A stretch of DNA of 64,000 nucleotides from the human T2T-CHM13v2.0 reference genome, Homo sapiens: assembly GCF_009914755.1 (NCBI RefSeq), contig NC_060941.1. One strand, 5' to 3'. Position 1 is the first letter of the stretch; each line of letters opens with the position of its first letter. The position numbers and the translations under genes were made by a program. Positions 25,297-40,599 of the stretch are shown piece after piece. Under the pieces are notes generated by a model, which searched no databases, was not told the origin of the DNA, and worked only from the letters and a program-made list of their open reading frames with translations.

Positions 25297-27520
25297 TGAG
25301 GACATGCCACTATCGTAAGACACACACACAAAGGATTGCTTTTGGCCTGGAAATCCCTCTGAGATGCTGGTGGTGGAGTGACCTTGATAAAAGGATTAAC
25401 CAGGCCCACTGCTCTTTTGCTTCTTTCTTCCCCCCAACATAAAATCCACAGAAACCTGGATAAAGCAGGCACTGTACAACTTGGGCAAAAAATAAAACTG
25501 CTAATACTGTCTCAGACCCTCTATCCCTCACCAAGACCAAACTTCATCCATTTAGAATATTTGAGAGGATTTTTAATACACACAAAGGAATCCAGATTTT
25601 TCTTTAAATATTTGTATTTCATCATTTCTGAGTGGGCCAGGACATGTGCTGAGTGGATTCTCTGGGCCACTTTTATGTAAATTTTTAGGCACCAGATTCT
25701 ACTCAGTTTAATATATTCTATCTATTAGTCTCATCAGTTACAAGCCTTGATTCTTCTGTTCTGAATGTTCTGTAAGGCGTGTGCAAAGTCCTGTGTCTTT
25801 TAAGGTAAGACTTGCCTGTGGATATCTAGAAACCACGCCTATTCACCCTGCGTACTCTATAAATCACAAAGCCCTGACTCAATTCTAAAATCAGCGTGGC
25901 CTCTCTCTCTCTCTCACTTTCATTTTTAAAGGAGCAGTATGACCCAGGCTCCCGAGAAGAGAGCTTCTGGCTCCACATGCAAAATGCAAGTTAGTGTTAA
26001 CACAGAACACACAGATTATGCAGCAGGGAAGCACTTGGTAAATTCCTTTCAAATGTTCCCCTAGATAGGAGGTCTTTGAAAGCAAAAACTAGTAACCGAG
26101 ATTCAGTCCAGATAAATCTGTGGGCAGACAGCAAGTGAGGTCCCCTAGAAGGGGCATTTTCCTAAAAAGACATAATCATAATGCTGCCCAGAAACCATCA
26201 TTGGTCTGCATTACTTTGTACCTTTTCTTCAATCAGAAAAACCTTATCTACCAGTAAATTCCCAAGTGTTTTCTTTCACTGCTCTTGGTTTCCTAAAGCA
26301 ACTGAACGCACTCCTCTTATGACTATGCGGTTGGGTCATGAGATTTGGCTTGGAGTAAGCAGCCTCTTGCCTCATCCTGCCACCCTGTGCTTCTTTCCTT
26401 GGAAATGTCCAAGCTTGTGGTTTGGGATTCTCTGTGCAGAGTTTTGAGACTTATGTCGACACCTCTACATGTTTTGAAATTCAATAGATTGAGTTGCTGA
26501 GCACCTAGCAGGGATGGTAGAAAAAACAAAAATAGAATGAATAAAATAAACTATGGCCTTTTCCTGTTGGGTCTCATTGATTTATTCTACTTTGTAAATA
26601 TTGTAACGTAAAAGGATACCATGTCCAGGGTCTGTCTGCTGTCCCAAGAAAAAGCAGCTGGACTGAGCTGGAGAGTCTTCCAAATAAATAAGACAATCTG
26701 TGCTGGGTAATCACTCATCTCAGGCCTGGAGTGGAAACTCTGGGGACGCTTCAGGCTGCAGAGAAACAGGTTAATTATTTAAAGTATTTCAGCAAGCCTG
26801 ATGGATGAAAACTCAAACAAATAGATTAAGTCTTGCTAAATTACATAGCCAAAGAATGCTGGTTTTTGTTTTTTTTTTTTTTTTCCTCTATGCTATCATT
26901 TACCACAGGGGCCAATGAAAGGTCTTTAATCACTGTCTAAGTAACCTGAACTTGAGACAGAAAGGGCCCCTGGAGATTTAGTCACTGTGAAAACTTCTTT
27001 ACAGCAAGTTATCAGAAATCTTCAACTTTCCACATAAAATACTTCAGTCACATGCGATACTCACTGTGGTTAAATGCCCTTTATTTGAATTAGAAGCACA
27101 TGTTGAAGATCAATTATTTATTGTGCTGCTGGTTGATTCTTTCTGACACTAGTTGGCCTGGGGAAGGGAGGCTAGTCATAGGGGCCGGGTTAAGGACAGA
27201 GCTAGCCTCTGCTAGCCGCCAATTCCAGAACCAAAGATTTTTAGGATATCAGGAGGACATCAGATCCCTTTTTATGTAGGAGGAAACCTCCAACTCGGGA
27301 GTTATCTGCCTAAAGAGTGACAGACATGGAGGGACGGAAGAAGAAAACACAATTACCAATGGCCAACCTGGGGCAATAAGCAGACCTGATGCTGCCCAAA
27401 GTTGAAGTATTGCTATTTTTTAATCAGTAAATAGCGCAAATGATCATTTCGAGACCCTTTGTTAAATAGCAAGCTAGTATTTTCTAGAAGTGCTATTGAT
27501 CATTAAGTATTTAAAGAAGT

Positions 27521-27832
<312 letters not shown>

Positions 27833-28372
27833 AACAAAGGTAAAAAAAAAGAAATGTGGGAGGCAGCTGGTAAGAGTCATGATAAAGGAAGATAAACTTC
27901 TTCAAAATGTGCACAAACAACGATTGAATAAAAAAAAAAAAGCTCACACCTTTTCAGGGAAATGCTAATGTACAGTGAGGCACACCTATGTACACTGATT
28001 TATTGCCACCAAACCTTTTACCTTGGAAGCAGAAATGTTTAGTCTTTTGGCAGGGCCGGCCTTAAAGCATAAGCAAACACAAGGAGCAACAGGTTTTTTT
28101 GGGTTTTTTTTGGTTTTGTTTTTTTTGGGAGCAACAGGGTTTTTTGTTGTTGTTGTTTTTGTTTTTATCATTAAATGGAAGTGCTCCCTTCTTGAAACAA
28201 GTGCTATGAAGAAAACAGCCCAACCTGAGAGAATCACACAGATTTGGTCTGGATACAGCCACTTATTAACTGTGCCACCTGGAGCAACTGAGCTGCTGTC
28301 TCCAATTCTCAGTTTCCTTAGCTATAGATTTCCTTTCTGTATTAAGCTACAAATTTAAGGGTGCAGAATTAA

Positions 28373-28793
<421 letters not shown>

Positions 28794-29814
28794 TAACCTC
28801 TCTGGGCCCAAGTTTTCTCAACTGTGAAGTAAAGAAAATAACAGTACCCACCTTACAATTGTTAAAAGGGTTAGTGAGAAAATATTTATAAGGTCCTTAG
28901 AAGAATGCCTAGCACATAATGAATGCTAATACAGTGTAGGCAATTAATACTGCCAGCAGCAAACTCATCTCTTTTGGTGTTTCATAATTTACATTCCTTA
29001 ACTTTTAACATTGACCTAATCAAAAAAACAAACAAAAAATTAAAAAGGAGAAATCACGCAACGATTTTAGTAGAAGAAATATAAATTATTCCCAATCCAA
29101 GTGTAAATTGTTTCCGTACTATCTGACCAAAATTACTTTGGATGATTTATATCATACATCCTTTCCATTGTGGGAGGCATGAGCATTCAGTAAAATACAG
29201 TTTTGAAAATAAAATACTACTCTACTCAGATACACCTAAAGCTTAGTGAATAGCAACAAACAGAGGAAAAATCAAACTGCATAAAATACAGGATAATCCT
29301 CCTGCATTATCTACTTACTGGGCATTAAATTAAAGCCATTTCCAAAAGTACTTAACTGCTTCATATCATAATAACATGTGTTATTTTCAAACTGTTCAAC
29401 ATGTTCCTGTTAAATTGGAGAGGTCCTGAGAGGAGTAGGCTTATCATGCCAAAATAACATATCACTACTCAACTAAGCTGCTGCTCATTGAACTCGAAAA
29501 ACCTCACTGGCCTATGCTGTGCCAGTGGACCCCACAGAACTAAAAACTGCTCACAAGACAGAACCACACCTCATGTTGGGAAAGAACAGGTGTGTTGAGC
29601 ACATTTGAGATGGGAGAAGAACAATTCATCTTTTTCTCTAAAATATGACATACTTTTGTAGTAAGATCATGGCTAAATCAGGCAGAAGTGGATTCAAATT
29701 CCTTTTTTAAAGGTGTGCCCCTTGGCAGCTGTATGAACTTTGGTAATTTTCTAATTGTCATTGAGCCTTAGTTTCTTCATGAGTGTAAGTGGAGCTAATC
29801 ATATTTACCTGTGG

Positions 29815-30180
29815 GCTCTCTCAGTCCATGTTGTGCTGCTTATAACAAAATACCACCAACCAATTAACTTGTAATGAACAGAAATTTATTGGCTCACGGT
29901 TCTGGAGGCTGGGAAGTCTAAGATTGAGGGACAGCCTCCTAGTTGTGTCATCCCATGGTAGAAGTTGGAAAGACAAGAAAGGGCAAAGGAGAGAGAGGAA
30001 AGGTGACAAAGTCTCCCTTTTACAACGAATCCACTCCTGTGATAAAGGCGTTAGTCCACTCATGAAGGCAGAGCCTCCATGGCCTCTTCACCTCTTAAAG
30101 GTTTCACCTCTTAATACTGTTACAATGGCAATTCAATTTCTACATGAGTTTTACAAGGAACAAACATTCAAACTATAGTA
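29815..30180 (-). mobile_element. MaLR LTR (MLT1A/MSTD-like)
   Basis: GAAATTTATTGGCTCACGGTTCTGGAGGCTGGGAAGTC...CAAACATTCAAACTATAG. Confidence 0.8.
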
Positions 30181-30750
30181 TGGGCTAATTGCAGAGTATG
30201 TTAGGATACCTTTACACACAAACACATATATATGAACATACCTATATATATATGTGTGTATGTATGCTTATATACATGTATATATATGTATGTATAGACA
30301 GACACACATCTAACTATCTGGCAGATAGGAGTTATTCAGTAAATGAATATTCTCTGTTTTCTTCCATATATATTAGTAATAGCAAGGTATTTCAGAGGAA
30401 TTTGAAAGCAAAAGCATTATTAGCGGTAGGATAGTAATGCTCTACTGATTATCACAATTTTAAAAAACGTCTTATGTTTTTATCTTGATATGTGGTTGAT
30501 GTATGAGATCATAGTCTCCTCCTGCTCCCAAGGGAAATTGATTTCCACCTCAGGGCTGCCATTAATGAGCTGTGGGTTTTGGGGGAGTTAACCTCCTTGG
30601 TCCACTATTTCTGAACATTGATGACATGGATGTTCTTTAAATTACTTTACGGTTCTTTACAGCCACAAAATGTGCTGATTTTTCCTCGCTCTACTTGTAG
30701 CCCTGATTTTTTTGTTGTTGGCTTACAATGCTTTTATTTCATTGCCACAT

Positions 30751-31113
30751 TGCTATGGTCTAAATGTTTCTGTCCCCTCCAAATTCCCATGTTGAAATCC
30801 TAAGCCCCCAAGGCCATGGTATCCAGAGGTGTGGCCTTTGGAAGGTGATTAGCTTATGGGGGTGGAGGCCTCATAAGAAAAATTAGTGCCCTTTTAGAAG
30901 AGGCCTGTGTGAGACCGCTCACCCCTTCTACCCTGTGGAAACACAGTGAGAAGGTGCTGCCTCTGACCCAGAAAGTAGACTCTCACCAGACAATGAATCT
31001 GCCTTGATCTTGGACTGTCAAGTCTCCAGAACTCTAAGAATTAAATTTCTGTTGTTGATAAGCCATCCAGTTTATGGCATTCTGTTATAGCAGACTGAAC
31101 AGGGTTAGATACA
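30751..31113 (+). mobile_element. MaLR LTR (MLT1A0-like)
   Basis: TGCTATGGTCTAAATGTTTCTGTCCCCTCCAAATTC...TGTTATAGCAG. Confidence 0.85.
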
Positions 31114-31654
31114 TATGTATTTTAGTGCAGTATTTTCTATTCTCATAAGTACTGTACCATCTGAATTCAGCTGGAAAGTTCCAATTTTACAATACTTTGT
31201 GCAATTTTAAAAATCTTTCTTTAATGTACAACTCACTGTGATGTACATTTTATACATCCCATGATAATAATTTGACAATTCAGTTAAAGTTATATTTGTT
31301 GAATTTAGTTTTCAGTTCTGCTATTACTGCCCTTTTCTAAAATTGGGTCTATTTTAAACAGGAAAATTGAAGCCATTTAAAAACACCACAAAATTTGATT
31401 TCAAAAAAGATAAAATATTGCTTTTACAATTGTAATGGCAGGAAGCAAGTAGCATAATGAAAAATGTAATAACCATAGTAGAACACTAAAATTCTAATGG
31501 GGACACCTTACGCTCATGACATAAACTAATAAAAGGCATCATCATACATGTTATTTTGTAAAATGCCAGAATTCTTAATCTAGGGAAGTTGGGGGAAAAT
31601 GCTCATTTATGGGATGCTACTAACCCTTCATGTTATTATAAAGGAGTGCATCAG

Positions 31655-32033
<379 letters not shown>

Positions 32034-34704
32034 TTAACTTGGGGAAAAGGTGGTTTCTCTTGTATACCTTTCCAATGAGTGTAGCTCACCATCATTGCAA
32101 CACCTAGATTCCCAGGCATCAGTGGTCTCCCAGTCTCCTGAACATGATGAGAGATGGCCTGTTCTCAATACAAAGCCATCATGAAATAAATGCAGGGCAC
32201 ACTGGGCTATTCTGGGTTCTTTTCCCAATATTGTGCCTGGCATGAAATGCAGAAAAACAGCAACTTTCAATGGACAAATTTGAACCTGTAGTGTAAGCCG
32301 AAGTTTCTGGAATGGTATTTTTATTCTTATATTATAAATAAATGTTAGCATGGTCATGAAATAACTAAGACTGAATGGAGAGCAACATTAGATCCATTGA
32401 ACAATATAACTTTGTGTTTATCCTTCTTCAAAAGTGTAACTTATTATTTAAGTTATTACTGTTTGTTTTAAACCTTTGAATAATACATAAAATGATAGCT
32501 CTGTGGACCTGCTTGTCCTGGTGGGGCTGGAGATTGGAGGAAAAAAAAATATTAATGATGTTGCAGGCAGAAAGAAGACAAAAACTAAACAAAAGCACTT
32601 CGCCTTTTCCCCAAAGGTTGGGGTGATATTTAATTATGAAATGTCATAATTGTAGTGATAACAAGATTAATAATAACAATTATGTAAATGCCTCTGGTAA
32701 TTGCAATTCTATTAGGAGGCTGAGTATTTTTGGTCACTATTGTGCCACCTTGTGGTCACAAGAGAACACATGTTTTTTCCATGAAGTAAATCCATTAAGT
32801 TTTAATTTATCCCCGACTGCTATGGAATGATATTTGGAAAAATAACTTGGAATGCTCGGTGTCAATAATACCGATAAACAAAATATAATGGACACCATTC
32901 AAGTCAGAAAATAGCAGGCACTGAAAAGCAACAAATAACATTGTTCTAAGTATAGATTCCATGTGCTAGATTTCCCCCAGCTACCTCAACATGGATTACA
33001 TATTTAGAAGATAAAATTGTAGTTTCTTTAGACTGCCATTCTCAATCTACAAATATAGACATGAAACTCTGGATGACATCCGTTGAGCATCTAATAAATA
33101 ATTCAACACTCTATTTATTGCAAGGGAAGGCAGCCAAAATGTAGGTATCGATTACCAATATTGTGTTAAAATAATCACGCTAATGCATGTATAGGTATAG
33201 CTTAATAAACATGATTTTAATGGCATGAGTGAATATTTGCTTTATAAATATGTATATTATAATCTCATAATTTATATGCATTTCAAAGAATCGTGATATT
33301 TGTTTAAAGGATTTTTCTGTTTTCTAAATCCTGCTTATGTCAGTATCCAGATGTGATGAACTGAGAAAGGTAGGATTAGCCACCTTCCCATAAAGTACTG
33401 TCTGCTAGAAACTAAATAATATATTTTGTAACAAATTCAGACATTTAATGGCCACCATCTTATACCATCAGTGCTTATTTGATTAAGGCTGTAGTTTTTC
33501 TTTTTAATTAAAGATAAAAATATTAAAAACAAGAAAGTCTCAATAATTCTGTCATTATAAGTAGTGTCTGTGGGTGTATGTTGCGGTGTGTGTGTGTAGA
33601 ATGGGGGTGGAGGAGGGGGAGAGAGAGAGAGAGAGAGAGAAAGAAGTAGTATATAAGATAATGCATTCTCACAGATATACTGCCGTACTAGTATTGGTTT
33701 TAAGTATCTCCATCCATCTCTCTGCCTCTTTGTCTCCGTTTTCTTTGTTTCTTGACCTTATATGTATCTATTTCTCTCTTTTCTCTGATTTTTTTCTACT
33801 TATCTTACTCTCTACATATTAGTCTCTCTTTCTCTGTCTCTTTCTGTGTCTGTTTCACTCTCTCATTTAATTTAGATTGAAATCTAGGTGGTCAGGTAAT
33901 CTAGATTTGAATCCTAGCCCCATGGATTACTAATGGTGTGGCCTTAGAGAAACTCCTCAGGCATCTAAGCCTCAGTTGCTTGTTAAATAGGGGTTAAAGT
34001 ACTTACCTCGTAAAATTGTTCTCACAATTAAATGAAACATGACATATTGTAAAAGCCCTTAAGACAAAATCTAGCACAGAGTAAATGGCCAATATATGGT
34101 GTTTATTTTTATTTTTGTTGTCTGTGAAATATATACATTTTTAGTATTCCAATCTGTACCATCATAAGTTGCTCTAATACTGCCTTATTTATACGTATAA
34201 TAAGTGACAGATGTAGCTCACAGAATTTTAAAAATGAATCTCCCATGTACCTCTTCTAACCACTTTATCAATGAATCGCTCAAAAGAAGAAGGTGTCTTT
34301 CTTATAATCATATAATTATTTAGTAGATCTGATACAGGAATTCATATCTTCTCTATCCTTACACACAGTTCATTGCAATGAATAATAATTCCCAATGTAA
34401 ATCATGCCTTTTTTAGTAGTCTGTCTTTTCTTTTCTCTTTCTCTTCTTTCTTTCCTTCCTTCTTTATTCCTTTCTTCCTTTTTTCTTTCTTTGTCTTCCT
34501 TCCTTTTATATTTCTTTCTCTCTTAAATTAATGCAGCCAGTGACATAACAATTTTCAACAAGTACTCGATTTTTATAAAATTCATTAATTCATGCATTCA
34601 TATATACCATGTGTCAGATCATGTGTAGACATTTTGAAGGTAATAATGAACTAAATAGAAAAAAAGATACTTCCCTCATGAAACTTAAAATACAGTGAGA
34701 GAGT

Positions 34705-35100
<396 letters not shown>

Positions 35101-35129
35101 TTAAAGAAACAAATATATTTCCTCCTGCT

Positions 35130-35458
35130 AAGCCTAATGATGTTTAATTATCAATGGACCACACATACAATGGTAGTCCCATAAGGTTATAAAACCATAT
35201 TTTTAATGTTTTTTTTTCTGTATCGAGATGCACAAATACTTGCCATTGTGTTGCAAACTCCTACAGTATTCAGTAGAGTAACATGCTGTATAGGTTTGTA
35301 GCCTAGAAGCAACAGGCCATATCACAGAGTATATAGTAGGCTATATCATCTATTAATAGTTTTGAGCAAGTACACTCTATGAGGTTCTCACAATGACAAA
35401 AATCACCTAATGATGCATTTCTGACAACACGTCACCATTGCTCAGCAATGTATGACTG
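35130..35458 (+). mobile_element. Tigger3a (MER7)-like DNA transposon
   Basis: GTCCCATAAG...CCTACAGTATTCAGTAGAGTAACATGCTGTATAGGTTTGTAGCCTAG...ATGACTG. Confidence 0.8.
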
Positions 35459-35832
35459 CAATTTAATGTCAGGTACCATTAAGGGGAATGAAATAAAGAA
35501 TAAAGAAACGTACCCGTGCAAAGATAAGTTGCCATTTTAAGTAGGGTAGCCAATGGAGGCCTCTGAGTAATGTTTACCCAGATAACCAGAATAGAGAAAG
35601 CAAGCCATGTGGATACCTGAAGAAACAGAATTCTAAACCAGTGCAAAGGCCCCGAAGAAGAATTTGAGAATCTGGGGGGGGGTGGCAGTAAAAATGAAGA
35701 TTCAGTTTTGGCCAGGTTATGTGTCAGATACCCATTTTATACTCAAATGGGGACAAAGAGTAGAAGGTTGTATATGTGAATTTAGAGTTGTGGAAGAAAG
35801 ATCCATAAGATGCACATTTAGAAACCATCTGT

Positions 35833-35858
35833 ATAGGTAGGTAGGTAGATAGGTAGAT

Positions 35859-35904
<46 letters not shown>

Positions 35905-35912
35905 GGATAGAT
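35833..35912. repeat. Compound (TAGG)n/(TAGA)n tetranucleotide STR
   Basis: About 11 uninterrupted GATA units preceded by TAGG units. Confidence 0.95.
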
Positions 35913-36081
35913 AATGACATAGGCTTGAATAACACCTCCCAGGAATCAAATGGAGATAGGGAATTAGGTTGTGAGATAGAGCTATAAGACATATAACTAT
36001 ATATTTCTTATAATAACTATATATGTCTTATAATTTTGTAAAAAATACAAAAATTAGCTATAACACTGTGAGGTTGAGGCA

Positions 36082-36527
36082 TGTCTTAGTTTATTTAGTG
36101 CTGCTATAAAGAAATACCTGAGGCTACGCAATTAATAAAGAAAAGAGGTTCATTTGGCTCACGGTTTTGCAGGCTGTACAAGAAGCATAGTGCTGCCATC
36201 TGCATTTGGTGAGGACCTCAGGTTGTTTCCACTCATAGCAGAAGGTGGAAGAGACTTGGCACATGAAGAGATCCTATGGTGAGAGAGAAAGCAAAAGAGC
36301 AAGAAGGAGGTGCCGGGCTCTTTTTAACAACCAGCTCTCATGGGATCTTAGTGAGAACTCACTCCCCGTGGGGCCGATTCCTCATGAACAGGTAAATAGA
36401 AGGGCATTATTTTATTCATGAGGACTCTGCGCCCATCACCCAAATACCAGGCATTAGGCCCCGCCACCAACATTGGTGATCAAATGTCAACATAAGATTT
36501 GGAGGGGACAATATTCAAATGATCGCA
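36082..36527 (-). mobile_element. MSTB-like solo LTR
   Basis: TGTCTTAGTTTATTTAGTGCTGCTATAAAGAAATACCTGAGGCT...AGATTTGGAGGGGACA. Confidence 0.85.
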
Positions 36528-37272
36528 AGACATAAGGGAAAAGGCAGAGAAGAATGGTTACTTAAAAGCCAAATAAAGAATGTGATCCAAGGAAGAGAGA
36601 GGTGATGGATTGTCAGTGACAGAACCAAGCATCAAATACTTTGGAAAGAATGTCTGGGGTAAATGCTTAACTGAAGAGGGTTCAATAGAGAATGAGAGAT
36701 GAGAAAGTAGGGAAAATGTTTGAAAAGTCTTGATGCTAAGGAGGGAAGACAAATGAAGTAATAGCTGGAGGGAGATACAGGGTCATTAGAAGCTTTCTTT
36801 TTTCTTTCTTTCTTTGTATTTTGCTTTCTTTTGTTAGTGGGAGGTAGTTCAGTATGTTTATGAACAGATGGGAATGATCCCTCTCTAAGGAAAAAATAGA
36901 TAATGTAGGAGAGAAAGGATAATTAAAGATGCAGAGTCCTTGAATACATGAGAAGGGATCTCGTCTACAAGTAGAGGGAATGGTGAGAGCTCATCTAAAC
37001 TACAGACACAGAAAGGGAAAAGCATGCACAGGTAGAGACGCAGAGGTGGATTTCATGTTGGGTGAGAGAGAACTGAAGGTTGAAGTTGTTCACTCTGCTT
37101 CCATTTTTTTTCAGTGTAATGAGAAGCAAGGTAATCAGATGAGAGTGCAGGATATCGTTAGAGGTTTGAATACAGGCAGGAAAGGTTCAAATACTCATGT
37201 CAGAGACTAGGAGATTAAATAGACTAGGACCATTAAACAGGATTGTCAGGCAATATAATAGGATTGTATTTT

Positions 37273-37698
37273 TAATTTTTTTTTAATTGAAACAGGACAT
37301 CACCCTGTCACCCAGGGTAGAGTGCAGTGGTGTAATCTTGGCTCACTGCAGCCTCGACCTCCCAGGTTCAAGTGATCTCTCACCTCAGCCTCCCAAATAG
37401 CTGGGACTACAGGTGTGTGCCACCATGCCCAGCTGATCTTTATACTTTTTTTTAGAGACAGTGTTTTGCCATGTTGCCCAGACCGGTCTCTAACTCCTGA
37501 GCTCAAGCGATCCACCGACCTCAGCCTCCCAAAGTGCTAGGACTGCAGGCATGCATCACTATGCCTAGCTAATTTTTGTATTTTTTGCAGAGACAGGGTG
37601 CACTATGTTGCCCAGACTGGTCTTGATCTTCTGAGCTCAAGTGATCTGCCTGCCTCAGCCTCCCAAAGTGCTGGGACTACAGGTATGAGCCACCGGCC
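37273..37698 (-). mobile_element. AluJ with three monomers (left-left-right)
   Basis: One right arm and two left arms between one TSD-like pair GATTGTA(T/C)TTTT. Confidence 0.8.
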
Positions 37699-38459
37699 AA
37701 GATTGTACTTTTAAAGTAACACAAGACTGAGCATGGCTGTATGTTTTTCTTCATCTGTAACATTTGTTTTAAACTTTAGTTTCCAAGAACTGATCCATTG
37801 AAAAAAATCCAGCTTTCCAATATAACATGTTGCATTTTTGTGAATGACACATGCACTCACAATTCAATAAAAGAGATGACTAATTTTATCTGCCATTGAA
37901 ATATTAATTGTGAGGATCTGGGAATACGTGGCTAGATCACCATTACAGGTCAAGAAGAACCTCTTGCTGCTTAAGTATAACAAAGAGCAGGATCCACTGT
38001 CTCTGCAATGTGCCAGCTCTTCATCCTTTTTTCTATTTGGTCACATATTACCACAACTGTTGAAGGGAAATAGGTAAAGTGGTTGGGACTCTATCAAAAA
38101 CACTTATCCTAGCCCATGGATCTGTGTACTGTTTCACAACCTTTCTGGTATATCATATTAAGACATAATAGAAGGTACTAAGTGCTGAATACATGAGCTA
38201 GAGAACCAAGAGCTGTTTAAACTAAAATTGTCCTAGAACAGCAGCCACCTGGCTATGTGGGTTGATGCTGGAGCTAAATAGCAATCAATTGAGAAATGAA
38301 GATTTCAGTCAAATATTTGTTCATCTTCATAATAATTTTACTTACTTTTTCCATCCATGGATTTGCTGTGTTTTTTCTTACACACTCGTGTACAATGTCA
38401 AAACTGGTTCTTTCCCTTAAAGCCAGTCCCCCACTTTTGGCAGTGAGAGTAAAAGCAAT

Positions 38460-38611
38460 TTTTCTTTCTTTTTTTTTTTTTTTTAAGTAGAGACAAGGTC
38501 TCCCTACATTGTCAAATTTATGAGCTCAAGCGATCCTCCTACCTTGGCCTCCCAAAATGCTGGGATTACAGGTCTCCCAAAGTGCTGGGATTACAGCTAG
38601 CATGCCAGGCC
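38460..38611 (-). mobile_element. Rearranged Alu left monomer (FLAM-like)
   Basis: Poly-T, GTAGAGACAAGGTCTC, duplicated CTCCCAAA(A/G)TGCTGGGATTACAG. Confidence 0.8.
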
Positions 38612-39571
38612 TCCTTAATGGATTTAGTGCCGCCTTCCTTTGGGATATATTCTTTGATATCCCTTTAGAACTAAAATTCGATTTTAAAATTTACTTTTCA
38701 TGCTTTCAAAATTCACTATTATGGACATGTAGTTAAGTAATACTAAAATCTAATAGGGCTATTTCCAATCAATCAAAACACAAAGAATAAAGATGTTCAT
38801 TTTTCACGAAAAGTAAGAATGAGAGAAAGGGATGGAATGGATTCCAGTCTGACAATAGCTTTTTAGTGAACAAATGAAGTATTCATAAAGGGGAGTGCGG
38901 GTGTATGCTAGAGCATGCATTGTAGCTACTGTCCCAATGAACAGTGTTCAATATATTTTTAAAGTATTGAAAAAAAGGCATTTACAATGGAAACAAATCT
39001 TTACCTTAATATACTTTTTTGTGACTGCCATAAACTCAATTGCTATATGTGAATGAGGGATGTTTGATACAATATGTGAATGAGGGATATTTAGTTTTCA
39101 GTAAAGCTGATGTTTATCAGGTGGCTACAGTAAATCATTGATTTTTATTAGCTATCATAGCGTATAAGCAAGAGAGAGGCTCTCAAAAACTTGTTGGTAT
39201 GCTTGTTTACAAATACTTACAGAGGAAACACTCTTGTAAATATAAAATGCACTATCTTCTTATTTCCTGGTTATTTGCAATGAAAGCTGCCAGTCTACTA
39301 GGTTTTTCCAGGAGCCTGTATGAAGGAAACCCATATCTATGTTAAGAACATTGTATTGAAAAGATAGAAACACGGTTTTTAAATTCATATGCAGTTACTG
39401 GCCATGAAGAAAGCAAGTAATTGTCTTTAGTTTGGCATACTCTACTGAAAACTATAATGATACTAACAATAGTAACAGCATCTTTGGGTGGATCCTAAGA
39501 GATATCAGATTAAAGTCACTACGTAAAAAACAAACAGAAGAAATAATGATGTCATGTTGAATGTTATAGGA

Positions 39572-39906
39572 CAGGGATCCCCAACCCCCAGTACAGGTCG
39601 ATGGCCTGTGGCCTGTTACGAACTGGGCCACAAAGCAGAATGTGAGTGGCAGGTGAGCGAATATTACCACCTGAGCTCCACTTCCTGTCAGATCGGGGCA
39701 GCATTTGATTCTCGTAGGAGTGTAAACCCCATTGTGAACTGTGCAGGCAAGGGATCTAGGTTACGTGTTCCTTATGAGAATTTAGGGATAGGTGTAATGT
39801 GCTTGAATCATCCTGAAACCATCACCCACAACTGCCCCTCTCGTGTCCGTGGAAAAATGGTCTTCCATGAAACCAGTCCCTGGTGCCAAAATGTTGGGGA
39901 CCATTG
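39572..39906 (+). mobile_element. MER1B (hAT-Charlie)
   Basis: TIRs CAGGGATCCCCAAC / GTTGGGGACCATTG; 8-bp TSD TTATAGGA/TTATATGA. Confidence 0.9.
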
Positions 39907-40274
39907 TTATATGACTAAAAACACCAGGTCAGGGAGAATTAAGTTAATAACTGTTATTTAACTGTGCTTGTATCATAATCATTCACATTGTATAACTCCC
40001 AGGGGACTTATATTCATGCAGAAGTGCTTAAAATTGATTTTAACAATCATATTTCTAGTAGATCAAATTATTAAGATGGCCAAATGACATAAGGTAAAAT
40101 TTCTGCCACTTTAGTTGTACCGAAAAGATCACAGAGAAAAGTAACAAGGGAACCTTAAGGAAAGTCTTGTTCAACTCCCTCTTTTGCTTGGAGAATAAAA
40201 TCAGGATAAGAGAAATGAATTAACTTGTCCATGGAGTTTTGATAAGTATTTAACCTCAATAATCACTAAATGCC

Positions 40275-40599
40275 TTTTTATTTTATATTTTATTTTATTT
40301 TATTTTATTTTTGAGATGGGATCGCGTTGTGTTGCCAAGGCTGGACTGCAGTGGCATGATCACTGTTCACTGCAGCCTTGATCTCCCAGGCTCAAGCAAT
40401 CCTCCTGCCTCAGCCTCTTAAGTAGCTAATACTACAGGAACATGCCATCAAACCTCGCTACATTTTTAAAATTATTTTTAGTAAAGATGAGATCTCACTG
40501 CATGGTTCAGGTTGTTCTCAAACTCCTGGGTTCAAGTGATCCACCTGTCTCAGCCTCCCAAAGTGCTGTGAATACAGGTATGAGCTACCATGCCTGGCC
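40275..40599 (-). mobile_element. AluJ
   Basis: (TTTTA)n tail and J-type text. Confidence 0.9.
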
